A stretch of 64,000 nucleotides of DNA, from assembly GCA_965649765.1 (NCBI GenBank), contig OZ287758.1:5828001-5892000 (forward strand). Direction: 5' to 3'. A model generated the notes under the pieces. The model did not search any database. It was not told the DNA's origin and worked only from the letters and a program-made list of their open reading frames with translations. How positions within the stretch are numbered: position 1 is the stretch's first letter; each line of letters opens with the position of its first letter. The stretch comes from Bispira polyomma (lineage: Eukaryota). Of this stretch, positions 34,783-48,700 are shown one piece after another. A program made the position numbers and the translations under genes.

Positions 34783-37700
34783 TTGTTCCTAAAGAGTTAT
34801 GTATACGAATTATACTTAAACTCAAATGTCCTTATCTCAGGATATAATTAAATAATATATGTTTTCATTTAGCTCTGAAAACTTTATGAAACAGCATTCT
34901 ACAAACGATAGGGTCTTTTACACATACATGAGTTTTTCTGTAGCCTCTGAATGAGATTAGGCTGGGTTTAAGCTTGGTGTTTGTGGAAAATACACAGCCA
35001 GACTTATAGAAAAATTTTATTTTTTAATATTTGAGATAATATAAACTTGTCAACCCACGTATTCTGATAAACATTTCAACTTCCCTCTAAATTATAGTCA
35101 CTTAAGTTTTGTCATAGTTATTTTACTTTGAAAGAAAACCAAGAGAGTAAAGAGTCACTTTCTTACTGATGAAATATCATAAAGTATCCTTATGTGTGAT
35201 ATTGGCCAGTCCTCAATTAAAATATGCCTTTGACAACACAGCACTAAAGGATTGTAATAAACTTCCTTGTCCCAAAATAGTGTAAGTAAGTGCCATTAGG
35301 TTTAAATAGTAAAATCATACAACTGAATAATAGTGTGTCATTATATAACTCCGCTGGTCTGTTTTCACTTCTTAAATATTTCTTACAGCTCTCCTTATCT
35401 GTCAAAAAATCCTCTAGGATGACTATGCTTGATATGTACGTATACATGGAAAATCAATATAAGGAATCTAAATTTGCACTGCCTTTGTGAGAATTTTGTG
35501 AGTATTTATAATTTCTTTGTAAATGACGTGTTAATTTGTTGTTCGGGTGACTAAAACAGTCAGTCAGTAAAGCCTGTATTAGGCTGATCAGGTGTTTATG
35601 GAAACTTAGGAAATAAACACAAGAAATGTTAATTTGGACTGTATTTGTGAAATATAAGGTCAATCGTTTTAGAATCATATCACATATCTAAGCATATCTT
35701 ACTGGTTGATTGAACATGTTTTCTTAAGAAAAGATCAAACCTAAACAATTGTGACACCCATGTTTTGTATAACAAAATAGAATAATTTACCAAGAATATA
35801 TACTTTGTACAACAATGGTTAATTTGTTGTTTGAGTGACTGAAACAGCAATCTGTTGTTTAGCATTTTAATGAACTTCTTTTAATGACATCATTATCAGC
35901 ACATTTGAAAAATTGTAGTTATATTTAGATCATATCATTGTCTGATGATCACAGGTTAATAACCTCATCATTTTATTATCCAGATTTAATTAATTTGTTA
36001 TAACATATAAGTCAACATTGTATAATAAGACGATTCATTTGTGGCAATTTTATATGTGTTATACATTAATACAGTTCAATTGGTAATAATTAAGGCTTCT
36101 GTGCATTGGTAAGACATTCGTCTTCCACCTCTGAGGTCTTGGGTTCGAATCACCAGCAGACAATAACATGTTCACATTTTCCCAAAAGATGTTATCCCAC
36201 CAATAAACTTAGTACCAATCTGGGAGTTGAGACAGGGTCCTTACAATCACCAGACCAACTCCCTTACCCCTTGGCCATGGGACACGCTGTTGCAATGATA
36301 AAAACACAATTATTTTTTTATATCAAGAGCCCAATGTATGTGTGTACTAAGTTTGATGAATAATATATCTCATATAAAATGTATATACACCTGTATTCCT
36401 ACACATTTTCTGTACACCAACAATAAAATACCGAGCCAAAGATCTAAGGACTTTAATTTCTCACTTATGAAAGGTTACCAAGTATCCTTATATATTCAAT
36501 GGAAGAGAATTCAATTCTTACTGAATAAAGCGTTCATTTCTGTAAACATACTTGACAATATTATGTACATTGGATTAAATTATAAATAGCTATGTCAATT
36601 TTGTATACACTTATTTAAAATTAAAATGTGTCGTTTAAAAGGCAGAAAAATGCTTGTAAAGAACTTCCTCCTAAAATACAGTCAATACCAGCTTTAAAGC
36701 AAAAAAAAAAAAAAAAAAAATTCTCATAAGACTGACTAATTATTTAGTTGTACATATCTTCACCAATCATTATGGAGATGGTGGGCTTTATGCTTTTTCC
36801 ACCAGTATTACACCAACATTATTAAAGTGATTTTCCTAAAAACTGGTGGAGGGATGAGGTCTATGATAATAAAGAATCTATTAACCTATTAGCAGCCTAT
36901 TTGTCAAACTACAACCAGCTCATAAACTACTGCACATGTTGTTATATGTGCCACATCTATTTATAATGAGTCAATACACAAAAATTTATTCTTATTTTAT
37001 ATTTTTTGTAAGTTTTCTTCAATGATTGCAGTTCCTACCTTGCCCTTTTTACTTCCATCCTGGCAACTAAAGTTTTCTAGATATGTATAAAACTCCAGTA
37101 TTGCTTTATTCTTTGCATGGGAATTGTATCACGTTTGTGAAGAATACACCTTGAAAAATATTAACCATACTTGCTACAACTTTGCACACTTCTATCTGTG
37201 GAGCATCTCTAAATAGACAGGGTAACTAAGATATCAGTAATAACAAGTTAGCCAGGGCAATGTTCACAAGAGGTCTTAAACATAACGTTGATGTCAAAAA
37301 TATTCAGGACTGCTTATTATTAGTCTTAGTGTAAAAATGATGAATGTCAACATACTGTCACTGGGACTAAAACCAAAAAACATTTTCAGCCAAAATCAAA
37401 GACAAAATTGAAGGGCCAAAACTAAGTTAAGACAAAACATTAGTACCACCCAAAATGTAAAATATTATAATATTTACCATGCTAAATTCACAAGATAAAT
37501 TATGTTACCCAGAATGTTGATTTTTATTCTCTATTTTTCAGTATTAAGTAATATTCCCATTGCAAGCAACACGTGAACCTTTGTATACTATGGGTGTGAT
37601 ATACACTGGCAATATTGTGAATAAAGGGTTAATTAGACTTAGAATAGCAAAGATACCCTCCTTCTTGTGAAGTTCACAAAAACTAGAAATGTAGACTGTT

Positions 37701-39572
37701 CACTTTGAACCAGACAGGAAAAAACGCCACTAGGAATGTTGTTTTAAAATCTATTCTCTAATTTTTGACATTGTGCAAATATTACATAGGGAGCCTTTCA
37801 ACTTGGGATGATACACTTCATCAAGGGACATATATATCAACATCAGTTGACTTTCATGATGATGCAAATTAGCCAAATATTTATGTTACGTGTCTTAAAC
37901 CAATGATCGCTGATAACTAATCAAGCATGAGAATGAATTCATTCTCCAAGTTCAGTTACAAAAAGTATATATTTTCATCATAATTTTTCCCACCTTAGCG
38001 AGTGATGCGTTAGGCCAGCAGGCTATTACACCATTACTCTTCTGGAACATCCAAGCTTAAAAACTGATATTAATGGAGAAAATGCATATCCAAAACATCT
38101 ATACCGGAAATGGCACAAGATCATTGTATTAGTATGCCCAAAGTCCCACAACCTGAACATCAAAACCCTACTTGGCCATAAATTAACATTTAGATGTAAC
38201 TGAAAAGCTTAGCCAAACTATGCATCTATTGAGGGATCCACAAAAATCAACAAAGTATTTGTTGGAAAAAAAGGGTTATCATTATTTATTCTATATGAAT
38301 ATTCATGGCTGCCAGGGTACATATCTTGTTCTAAACTTAATTTCTCTCCCTGGATGTGAAGTCTAGTAATGTTGTCCACTTGTTGATCAAAACAAACTCC
38401 CTTAAGTAGAACCCCATCCCTACCTGAGTAAAAAGTAAGTTCTCACCTGGCCCTAAAACAGCAGGGCTCCTTGAAACATTAATAAACTATTGACTCTGCG
38501 GGAGACTACCCCTTGGTTTGCTGTATGTAAAGTGTCAGAGGTAGAATTAATGCAAGCACATTGGTATTTGTACAGCTTGACCAGTCTGACATGAATGTAG
38601 CCAGAAAAAATATGCAACCTCTTTCACACGGGAAAAACATTTGTTCCTAAAGTGCTTTGTGTAATACCATACTGAACTTAAACTCAACTGTCCCTATCTC
38701 TGTATGCACATAAACAAATCTAAATACATGTTTGAACTCAGCCCTAAAACTCTATCAAAGATTGTTAGAACTATGGTTTTTTTTAAACATACATGGGTTT
38801 CCACATTGCCTCTATTTGAGATGAGACTGGGTTAAGGCTAAGTTTATTTGGAAAAATACAGGCCCAGACTTAGAGAAATAACAGAATGGTAATTTGTTTT
38901 TTAATATATGAGATATTGGTATTAATAACTTGTCAACCCACATATTATGGTAAACATTAAATTTGAATAGTCACTCACATTTTGTCATATTTATTTAACT
39001 TTGAAGGAAAACAATGAAAGGGAGAGCCAAGAGGCTGAGTGTCCCACTTTATTTCTCATGGAAGTTTATAATGTATCCTTATGTGTACAATAGGGCAGTA
39101 CTTAATGGGTACTTAAGCTAGAAAGCAATTCAAGTGTGATTATAAAACGGTTAATAAAGAACTTTTGTCTCAAAATGGTCTAAATAGGTGCCATCGGGAT
39201 TAAGTAAGTAGTTAAACCATGTAACTGAATAATGGTGTAGTTATTATGTAGCTCCACTAAGGAAGTTATGTTTTTTCCTGTGTCCGCAGGTTTGTTTTCA
39301 TGTCTTAAATATTTCTTACAACTCTCACTATCTGACAAAAAGTGAGTATGCATGATGTGTTCGTTTAACTTTTTCAGAACCTTTTCTCATATCTAAGCTT
39401 ATCTTACTGGTGGATTGAACATGTTTAGTGATGAAAAGATGAAATTCAAACAATTGAAACACTCATGTTTTGCATCACAAAATAGAATAACTTTCCCAGA
39501 ATATATACTTTGTAAAAGACTTGGTTATTTGTTGTTCGGGTATAAAAGTCGGTCAATGAAGCCTGTATTAGG
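34783..39572 (+). repeat. Diverged ~1-kb direct duplication: 34783-35860 vs 38641-39572
   Basis: Colinear shared blocks: ttgttcctaaag...acttaaactcaa.tgtcc.tatctc, aacttgtcaacccac, gtatccttatgtgt, tcttaaatatttcttaca.ctctc, catatctaagc.tatcttactgg, caaaatagaataa. Confidence 0.85.
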
Positions 39573-42500
39573 TATATTTTCAGAATGAAAACGATTTCAG
39601 GATACACCTGATAATTAATTTACCAGTAATGATGGCCACTAGAACAGTAGTCAGTATTTGACTTCTATGCAAAAGATAAAATCCAAGTATTATTGACTGC
39701 ATTCTGGAATGCGGGCAATTTCTGCACTATAACATGTTTAATTAGCCTACCCGAATATAGATAAGTTATCATTATATTAAATATGACTCCCATAAATATA
39801 ATTGATGAAGACAGAATCTAAAATACTTACTGTTAAACTGTTCCTTAATGAGGAAGAATATAATCCTGGGTCTCTGTACATATACTGCCTAACAGGTAAA
39901 CTGAATGGAATGATGTTGTGTTTGCCACGTATATAACCAGTTTACATCTATATGGGCTGTATGAGTTAAAGTGATGCATGCATGACTTTGTAAAACCTAT
40001 ATATAGGTATATATAGATACTGTTTAAATTTACTTCCTTACATTAATTTAGGGGAACTTTGTAGGAAATATATGTTTCATCTGGTGTAATAACGATAAAA
40101 AGATCACAAATATCTGGCAAGATTACTGGAACTTCATTTTTGCAACAAGTTATGATATATTTTAATCTAATTCAAATATAAGTGTCACATTGATTAGTAA
40201 TATTACCTTAACCCAAGTATTTGTTGTGACAGCATATTTTCCTCAGGTCTCACTGAAGCATTCCCTTCCAAACATTTGTCCATACAATGTTTTGTGATTA
40301 GTTCTGTACAATTGTATGTAACAACTAAGCCAATGCTTCTATGTGTCAGATATTTTAAAGTCGAGGCCAGCTGGTATCAACTGTTATTTTTAATCCAATA
40401 CTTACAGTGTTAGGCTCTTCAATATGTCATATTAACAGCAGAGTTAAGGTCAAATGTCAACATAAGCCTTATATTTTCAAACAATGAGCCATAAATCAGC
40501 ATATTTAGCAGATTTATGCCTTTTGAATGTATTTCTCCATCTTTCCAAACCTGATTCCAATGAAATGTGACACACAAAAATATATTTTCATCTATTGCAT
40601 GACAGCATCAGTTTACCAATATCTGACCAAAACAAGTATCTGGATGGCCCATAAAAAATTGGCCAATGTCGTTATCAGTGACATAAAAGCATACACTAAC
40701 TTGTACTTGTAGTTTTCAAACCAGCCATGTATTATCATAATACTGTGGTCTTCCACATCTTGGGTGGTTTTGTTTATGCAATGTGATGATATAATTTTAA
40801 GTGTAGATTAGTGAGTTACAGTTCGCAGATGTTGCCTAGAGTAACACGTTATAATAGTAAATTATGAGTCTAACAGTTAAAAGTTGGTTTAAGTGTAGGA
40901 ATGGATAACATATTCTTCCTTGGCCCATGTGTCCCCCCCAAAAATTTTCATAATAGTGGAATTCAGTGGTTAGTTTGTCAGCAAACCAAACAAATTGACA
41001 AAATCACTGCCTTGGAAGAGGTAATGCACAAATAATGTTAAATACATTCTTGGCTTTTCAATCGTGTTAAACTGCTCACACATAAAGTGATCACTTTAGT
41101 AATAAGCCAAAAGAAATAATGATATATTTTATCAAAAATTGGAATGCTTCTTCCCTCAGTTTTATTATAAAGTGTAATTTACATTTAATTTGATATAACT
41201 GTTAACACTACAGTTAATGTTGTTGGTTAATTATAGCAACTTTACATGAATAGTATACTGTAATTGCTGTAATTCACATACAGTAATGATGGAGTGGTTC
41301 TTTCAAATTAATACCTTTCCTCACAGTTAAGTTGTCTTTACTAACTTCAGGTTAGCCGAAATGGCTAAGATTACCTGAAACTTAGTAGTTGTAAAAAATA
41401 AGCACTCTTAAGTTGAGGTAAAATCTTCTAAGTATTCTGATTTTAAGGTCACCTTAATTACCTTGGCTTAATTTAAGGTCACTTTAATGTCATTTTAATG
41501 ACCTTAACCAAGTAGCCTGACATAGTAACAATATATATAGATGAGGATCTATTTTATAACCACAACCTGCACCTGCAAGCTGTGCACATGGAACATCCAC
41601 TAAGCAGTATAAATATGATTATATTTTGGTTATAATATTTGTATAAACAAACACTTTAAGTTTATATACATCTAACTGAATAGATTAGTACAAAACCACC
41701 AGATCATAAAGGTTGTTACACTCTTGAATAAAGTAGTTCTCCCTTGATGTCCACATACATGTATTTTTAATTAAAATAATGCATTTCATCAATATTTCCA
41801 ATGATTTCTTTTTCTAGATTTATTTCGCATAAGATCACAGACGAACACAATTTAACCCTTTCGACTCCTATGTTGTCGGCAAGCAATCGACAGCAATTTG
41901 TTACTTCCAGAACCTATGTCTGTCGGCAAGCAAAAATATTATTATATTATTTTTACAGTTCCATGCTATAAGTAATTGTTAGCACACTAGTCTAAGACTC
42001 CTTTGTTTAAAGTATTATATACCAGGCCGTTATTGAATGCTAGAAGTATTCAGTGGTTTGTGTTTTGCTGACTCCATCTATATGTTCCATATTCCCTTAA
42101 AATATTCCCTTCAATTCCTTTCGATACATGTAGTTTTCTTCTAGGGTTTGAAACGGTTCATATGTAATTGTTTGGAGAGTTGTTTTTTCAATTACCTCTG
42201 TTGATGAAGTTATGTTTTGTCTGTTTCCATTGGTTTGTCAGTTTGTCATTATGATTACATATACATGTATATAATACTGATCTAATTTACATAAAACTTA
42301 GTGGAGGTATGAGGCATGGCCTAAGGAAGAATCTGTTCAATTCTAAAGCAAATAGAAGAAGAAGGGCAAATCCAGGAACATTTATATTAAACAATGTTGC
42401 ACTGTGGCACCCTTTCACTAGGAATATATTTGATCTATTTCAGCAAATGAGACGAGATGAAATTTATTTTCCAGAGAAAATTTAAACATTATGTATTCAT

Positions 42501-42629
42501 ATTTTGACTAAAACAATAGCCACTAGTGAGGATTTATTCCAGTGATCACCGAAATAATTAATTAGTGAAATGTTGTTCCAGCCAAAATGTTCATTTCTAC
42601 AGTACCTTTGTTTGGGTATTTTTCTACAG

Positions 42630-42734
42630 GAAATAGTGAACTACAACTGCCGAGCACTGGTGGCTTCTGTGCCCTTTTTCACACATGCAGATCCCAACTT
42701 TGTATCTGAGGTTGTCACCAAACTACAACATGAG
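42630..42734 (+). CDS. HCN: HCN exon (C-linker end / CNBD start)
   Basis: Acceptor tatttttctacag, donor gtaagt; 105 nt, phase 0-0. Confidence 0.93.
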
Positions 42735-45700
42735 GTAAGTCTTCTTAGGTCAGACTTTGAAAGATGCTAAATCTTTGCCAGTATGAAATTCGAAGAATTT
42801 GAAAACAAATGGTAAAATTTTCCAAATAGAGAAAAATTAACAAAATGTTAGGCACCAAAACAATAGTTGAAATACTAGGTTATAGACTATTATAGGTCTT
42901 CAGACTTAAGTAATGTTTCCATATTTACTTTTCCAATACCAACACGGCATCCGGTAACACCCAAATACAGCATTCTACCACCCAAAGATTATTGTTATTA
43001 TAGTAACATTGATAACTACAGGCCATGTGAATTCTTGTATAATCCTAAAAGATGCAGGAAATATTAAACTTTAGATCTAAAGTCTAAAATTGGTCATTGT
43101 AAAAAATGTCTTGATAAATGAAAACCATAATTATTCTAGAAAAACAAATCTTCATGATTTTTGTAAATTAAAAAAAAATATGTCTGTATTTCACAAGAAA
43201 TTAATTTTAGTTACGTTTTGCTGATGAGCTTTTAACAGGAGAACAATTTGTTTATATTTCACATAAAAGAAACTGGAACAAAAGTCTAGGAAATATAAAA
43301 TTTGTAAATCAAGTTAAGCCTTTTGATTTATATTCACAGAAATGTTTACTGTACAGTTACAGTTTATTTCAAAAATTAAATTGTACAAAAATCAAATAGT
43401 TAATTTGTTACTCAAAAAGTTATACAAGACAATTATAGAAATTACTGGTACATCATCTTGATCTATCTATTATAGTATTGTCATACCTTGATTAAAATAA
43501 CTTGATTCAATAAATTTCTCAACAATCAGGTTTTGGGTGGCAATAATTTTAAAAGCAAATTTAATTATAATATTTGCAGATACAAATTACATTGATGTAA
43601 GGATATTAAACTATTTACATTAGTTAAATGTTCCTTCTAAAACGTTGGTCGAAAATATACTGTGAAAATTTACACGAAAGGCATAATATTCTCCCGTTAC
43701 GGTAAAACCTGATATTCATAATGAAAGCTGAGAGTATAAACTAAATTACAGAATATTAGCTGGCATCAAATATGGCCTTTTGGGGGCAAAATGCCATACT
43801 TGAAATTCACTAAGCATAGCTTTGTCTGCGCTGTGAAATATTACTGGTTCTTTTTATTGACAGCAAAAATCTTTCTTTTCCCTTGCTCTAAATTGTAATA
43901 GCTTCTCTTTTTTCCAGAAATGTGTACAGTCTACAATCAAATATGCTATTAGAAACTTAAACTTAATGAAGTTAACCATTTAAAGTATTACTGGGTGATG
44001 ATGATTGTTAATTGGTAATATGACCATATGAGACAAGAACAATAATTAACAACTTTGGGAATTTTTATTTTAAAAATATTTTAGTACTGTTAACTGTACA
44101 AATATCTAAGTTGTTAGACTAAAATGTTAATACATTTATTTATGACATTAATTTCCCATGTGAAGGGTACTAGATATTTTGTTAAAATAATAATTAAAAA
44201 TAGCTTTTTACTAAAATAGTAAAAGGCCCAGCTATGTCTATAGGTGAAATTTTTTTATATAGTTCTTTATCAGTTCTTTTAAGATGCACCCATCCTGCTT
44301 TAGAAATAGTCCCAATCCAGAGATAATTCCAGAGAAATGTGTAAATCCTATCCATACAAAGTGAGAAATAATGCACCAAGTGAATGTACAGCAATCCAAG
44401 AAATTCTGTTCCAGAGAATCCAGAGATATCTGTATCAATGTCCTCAGTTCTTGTGTCATCATGTGTACCTCAAAAACAAAGTGCAACAACTGTTAATATC
44501 AATGGTCGTGGGAGGGTGGGGAATTTGAAGACGTTTTCCTTTAGAAGTCCAATCTCACACTGAAGTGATATTGTACAGCACTGACCAAGGAAAACCCCTG
44601 ACCCCTTTCCACCAATCACATTATGCCACATTATATTTACTAGACCTTTACATTTTTCACCAAATGAATTACTCTAAGTCTGCACATGGTTTCAGGCCAC
44701 ACTAGCCTAATTCAACTGCAAGGCCATTTTAAACTAAATATTTGTTTTCTACTGACAAGTGGTTTTAACCACAAACACAGTCTACAATCAAATATGCTAT
44801 TAGAAACTTAAACTTAATGAAGTTAACCATTTAAAGTATTACTGGGTGATGATGATTGTTAATTGGTAATATGACCATATGAGACAAGAACAATAATTAA
44901 CAACTTTGGGAATTTTTATTTTAAAAATATTTTAGTACTGTTAACTGTACAAATATCTAAGTTGTTAAACTAAAATGTTAGTACATTTATTTATGACATT
45001 AATTTCCCAAACCCAATGTAGGGATGTTGATATGTTGTTGAAATGCTTTAGGTACTACAGATGCTGCTAGAAGAGTAGACTGGAGATAGTGCCAAATGGC
45101 ATCGCTTCTCCATCCCCCATGAGCTTTGATGTTTTGCATTTGCACTTTATGATTAAAAGCAAATGACGCTCCCGAGTGCCTAAAAGCTTGAAATCCAAAC
45201 GAAGCATAAGGTAAATCAAGTTTATCCAAAATGCTAGGCAAAGTAGAGCTTACTTTGTAAGCAGTGACAGGAAGAAGATATGAACCCCTGCTAACAACAA
45301 AAAGGGGTTGATGTTGCTGCAAACTATGAAACTGTATTAAAGTTTTCAAAGCTGTGACAGGGCAAAGGTAAGCATTACCAATAGAAGGAAGTTGCACCAC
45401 TTGAGATTGATTGGCAGCTTGCATTGCTTTATGCCATTTGACTAAAACATGCACACCAGGATGAGTAAAAATTAAGTCACCAACAGTAAAATGCCGTGTG
45501 ATATCAAAACCAAACATGGAGTTTGGTACGATATTTGAGAGTCTGAAGAAACCATAATAAGCCATCAAGAAAATAGCTCTGTACGTGTTACCATGCATTA
45601 TGTGATCACACTGCTTAGATATGTCCAAAATGTTTGTAACACTGAAAACCCCTTTTAGCTTTGCTTTATAAGGTGTGTTATTTGCCACAGACTTAATGAA

Positions 45701-48700
45701 CAGAGATATTTTCTTGTGGGCGAGATGGGCATGAGGTAAGTCATGCAATTGAGCATAGTATTTCAAAACAGAAACGTAGTTTTGCAACGAACTTGCAGAG
45801 TTGTTTTGGGTGACGAGATACTCCAAAAACATGATTACAGTGTCCAAGGAATGAATAGGAACTTGACAATGTATAGAAAAAGCTATAAAAAATGAAAATT
45901 TGCCTTTATAAGCTGCAGCCGTTGTAGGACGGAGTGCATTATGAAGTCTGGTATCAGCGTTGTTAAGCAGCATATTTCCCAAGGGGGAGCCTACAAAATT
46001 TAAATCATAAAATTAGGTTCAAATAAATCCTCTTCAGTAGGCCACCATACACACTGTGTTAAGTAAGGAACCAAAGATTGGTCCACCTTGGGTGAATACC
46101 ATCTGGATAAGCAATCTGCATACTGGTTATCAGTGCCATAAATGTGTACATATTGAACTGTAATGTCATATTTGGCTGCTAAACTCCAAAGCGTGCGAGC
46201 ACAAGCCATTAGATATGCGTCATGCATTCGACCAGAATTTAATGCATGGACAACTGCCATGTTGTCACACCAAACCTGCATGTTGTTATGTTGAAAGTGT
46301 TTAGCCCATACCTGAAATGCTATAAGGATATTGAGGATTTCTAAGTGTACAATTGTTAGACCACGTACTTTGTGTAAGGGGTAAACAGCTGCATAAACAT
46401 TGTCATTCCAGATTACACCCACTCCCGTAAGAGAAGCATCCACATACAAGTTAATTTGAAACTTTCTATGTTTAAAAACGACTTTACCATTAAATTCAGC
46501 TAAAAATTCTATGAACCAACGGAGGTCGCGAAAGAACGTTTCCTGTAATTCAATTCTCCCCTGTGAAGGAGTGCTTTTAAGAGTATGGAGCATTCTATTT
46601 ACAAACAGCCTGGCAGGCTGAACACATTTATGAGCGTAAATGAGTCTACCTATGAGACTCTGTAATTGCCTTTTAGTTGCATGTGTTTTATTTCTCCACT
46701 GTTCACATATATTTTGCATCTCTGCAAGCTTTGCAGGAGGTATGGAAATAAAGCCGGTTTCGATGTTAATATCAATACCCATGCATACCAAACTAGTAGC
46801 AGGTGGGTCTAATTTATCTGGATTTAGTGGAAGATCAAGATACTGAAATAAAGCAGTTAAAGTTTGGAACGCTTGCGTTGCGTCAGCTGAACGTTGAACA
46901 CCTATGACGTCATCTATGTAGTTCCATACAGTAAATCCGCGTGACGTCACGCACCACGTCCATGACGGGCTGGCATAAGGTACTTCCTGTTTTGAGGCCA
47001 AACGCAATACTTAAATCTATATACGTGTGACCGCGATGCGTGACGCCCATGACGTCATAATCCTGAGGATCCAATCTAAGATTTCTAAACACTCGGCTTA
47101 TGTCTGCCTTATAGAGCAGTACATTAGAACCCATATGTGCTATTTTATTGACTATGTCATCCACTGTGGGATACTTAAGTAAATAGTCTTGGTGATCATA
47201 AGTATCATCTGCTATGGCTGAATTGACAGAAATGCCCTTGGGCCAACTTAGGTCGACTATTATCCATCGAGATGAATTAGGCTTAGGCCTAGATAACATG
47301 GGTGATATGTGCAATTTCTTTATGATTGTACTATCACAGGGGCCTATAATGGCTTTATGTTTTAATTCTTTTTGCAAATAAATATCCACATCTAAGGAAA
47401 ACTGTTTAGCTGATGTGTGATTGTCAACTTGTGTATTATATGTGAAATTATGCTTATCGATACCTAAAGGAAATCCAAACTGAAGATACTGTGTAAGTAT
47501 AAAATCAGGGTGATTTTTCATAAGAGTCTTCCAGTTGGCTATGTTTAAATCCGAAGGTACCTCAATGCGTGCTTGCATATAATCAGGAACACCCATGTGT
47601 ACTACCGTGTTATGCGCCATATGTACCCATTCATGAAGTGTTTTTGTTTCAATGATGTTTACATCATATAAAGCCAATGTTCTGGGAATGAAGTCAGCTA
47701 TGAAGCCCACTTCCCTAGGAATTATATGTTCATGTCTATTGAACAAGCTTGAATTGAATTGAATAGGTTTTATTTCTGTATCACCCGAGAGGAGTGAGTG
47801 ATTGTGATCAGTGTTCATGTTCTCTGGTGTACTATTAGGTGCAAGAACCCCAACACCCCAAAAGGTGTGATTTGTTGTAAAAGGCTGAGACCTTTCTGTT
47901 TGACTTGTAACATCCCCATGTATTGACCCAGATAATTTATAGTCTGAGCTAGATGTGGGACAAAGTATCAAGTCTGTGCACGTGGGAGTGCTACACACGT
48001 TGTGTGTGTGAATGGAACAGCTGATTTGAGAATGTTATGTTTGAGTGTAATACATATGAATAGTGTGCAATACTGTCCTCTTCAAACAGAGAGGTGCTAT
48101 CATGTAAAATTCTAGCACTAGAATATTCCAAATCAGAGACTGGATAGACATTGCCTTCATATGCATAATTGAACTCGTTATTTAACATATTATAATTCTG
48201 TGTTGACACCTCGGTATTTTGACTACAAGTAACACTAAAATGACAATTTGTAAAATCACATTTAAAATCGCTTTGCGAGTTCTTAACTATATAGTGTGAG
48301 ATTCGACGTTCAGTTTTACACCAATCATTAGTCATATACACATTTGTGTCAACTACCCTGTCAACCTGGTTAATAGCTCCAGCATTATATACAGAACTAT
48401 CTTGACATTGATCACAACTATAAATCTGTGAAAAAACATTTGTGCCATTGTTTGTGCCATTGTTGTGGCCATTCAAACACGCGGCCTGACTATTAACTTT
48501 CAATTTAATAGCAGAATTAACATTGCTGTCAGCATCTATGCTGCTGATACAACTATTAATACTAAAACAATTTTCAAAGTTGTCATCCAAAACATTACTT
48601 TTTGTTAATGAAAGGCTATAAAGGCAATCACTTTTTCTACATACATTATCTTTAGCTTGTAGCTGTTTAATAACATTAAAATTATTTTCTCTAGTGATAA

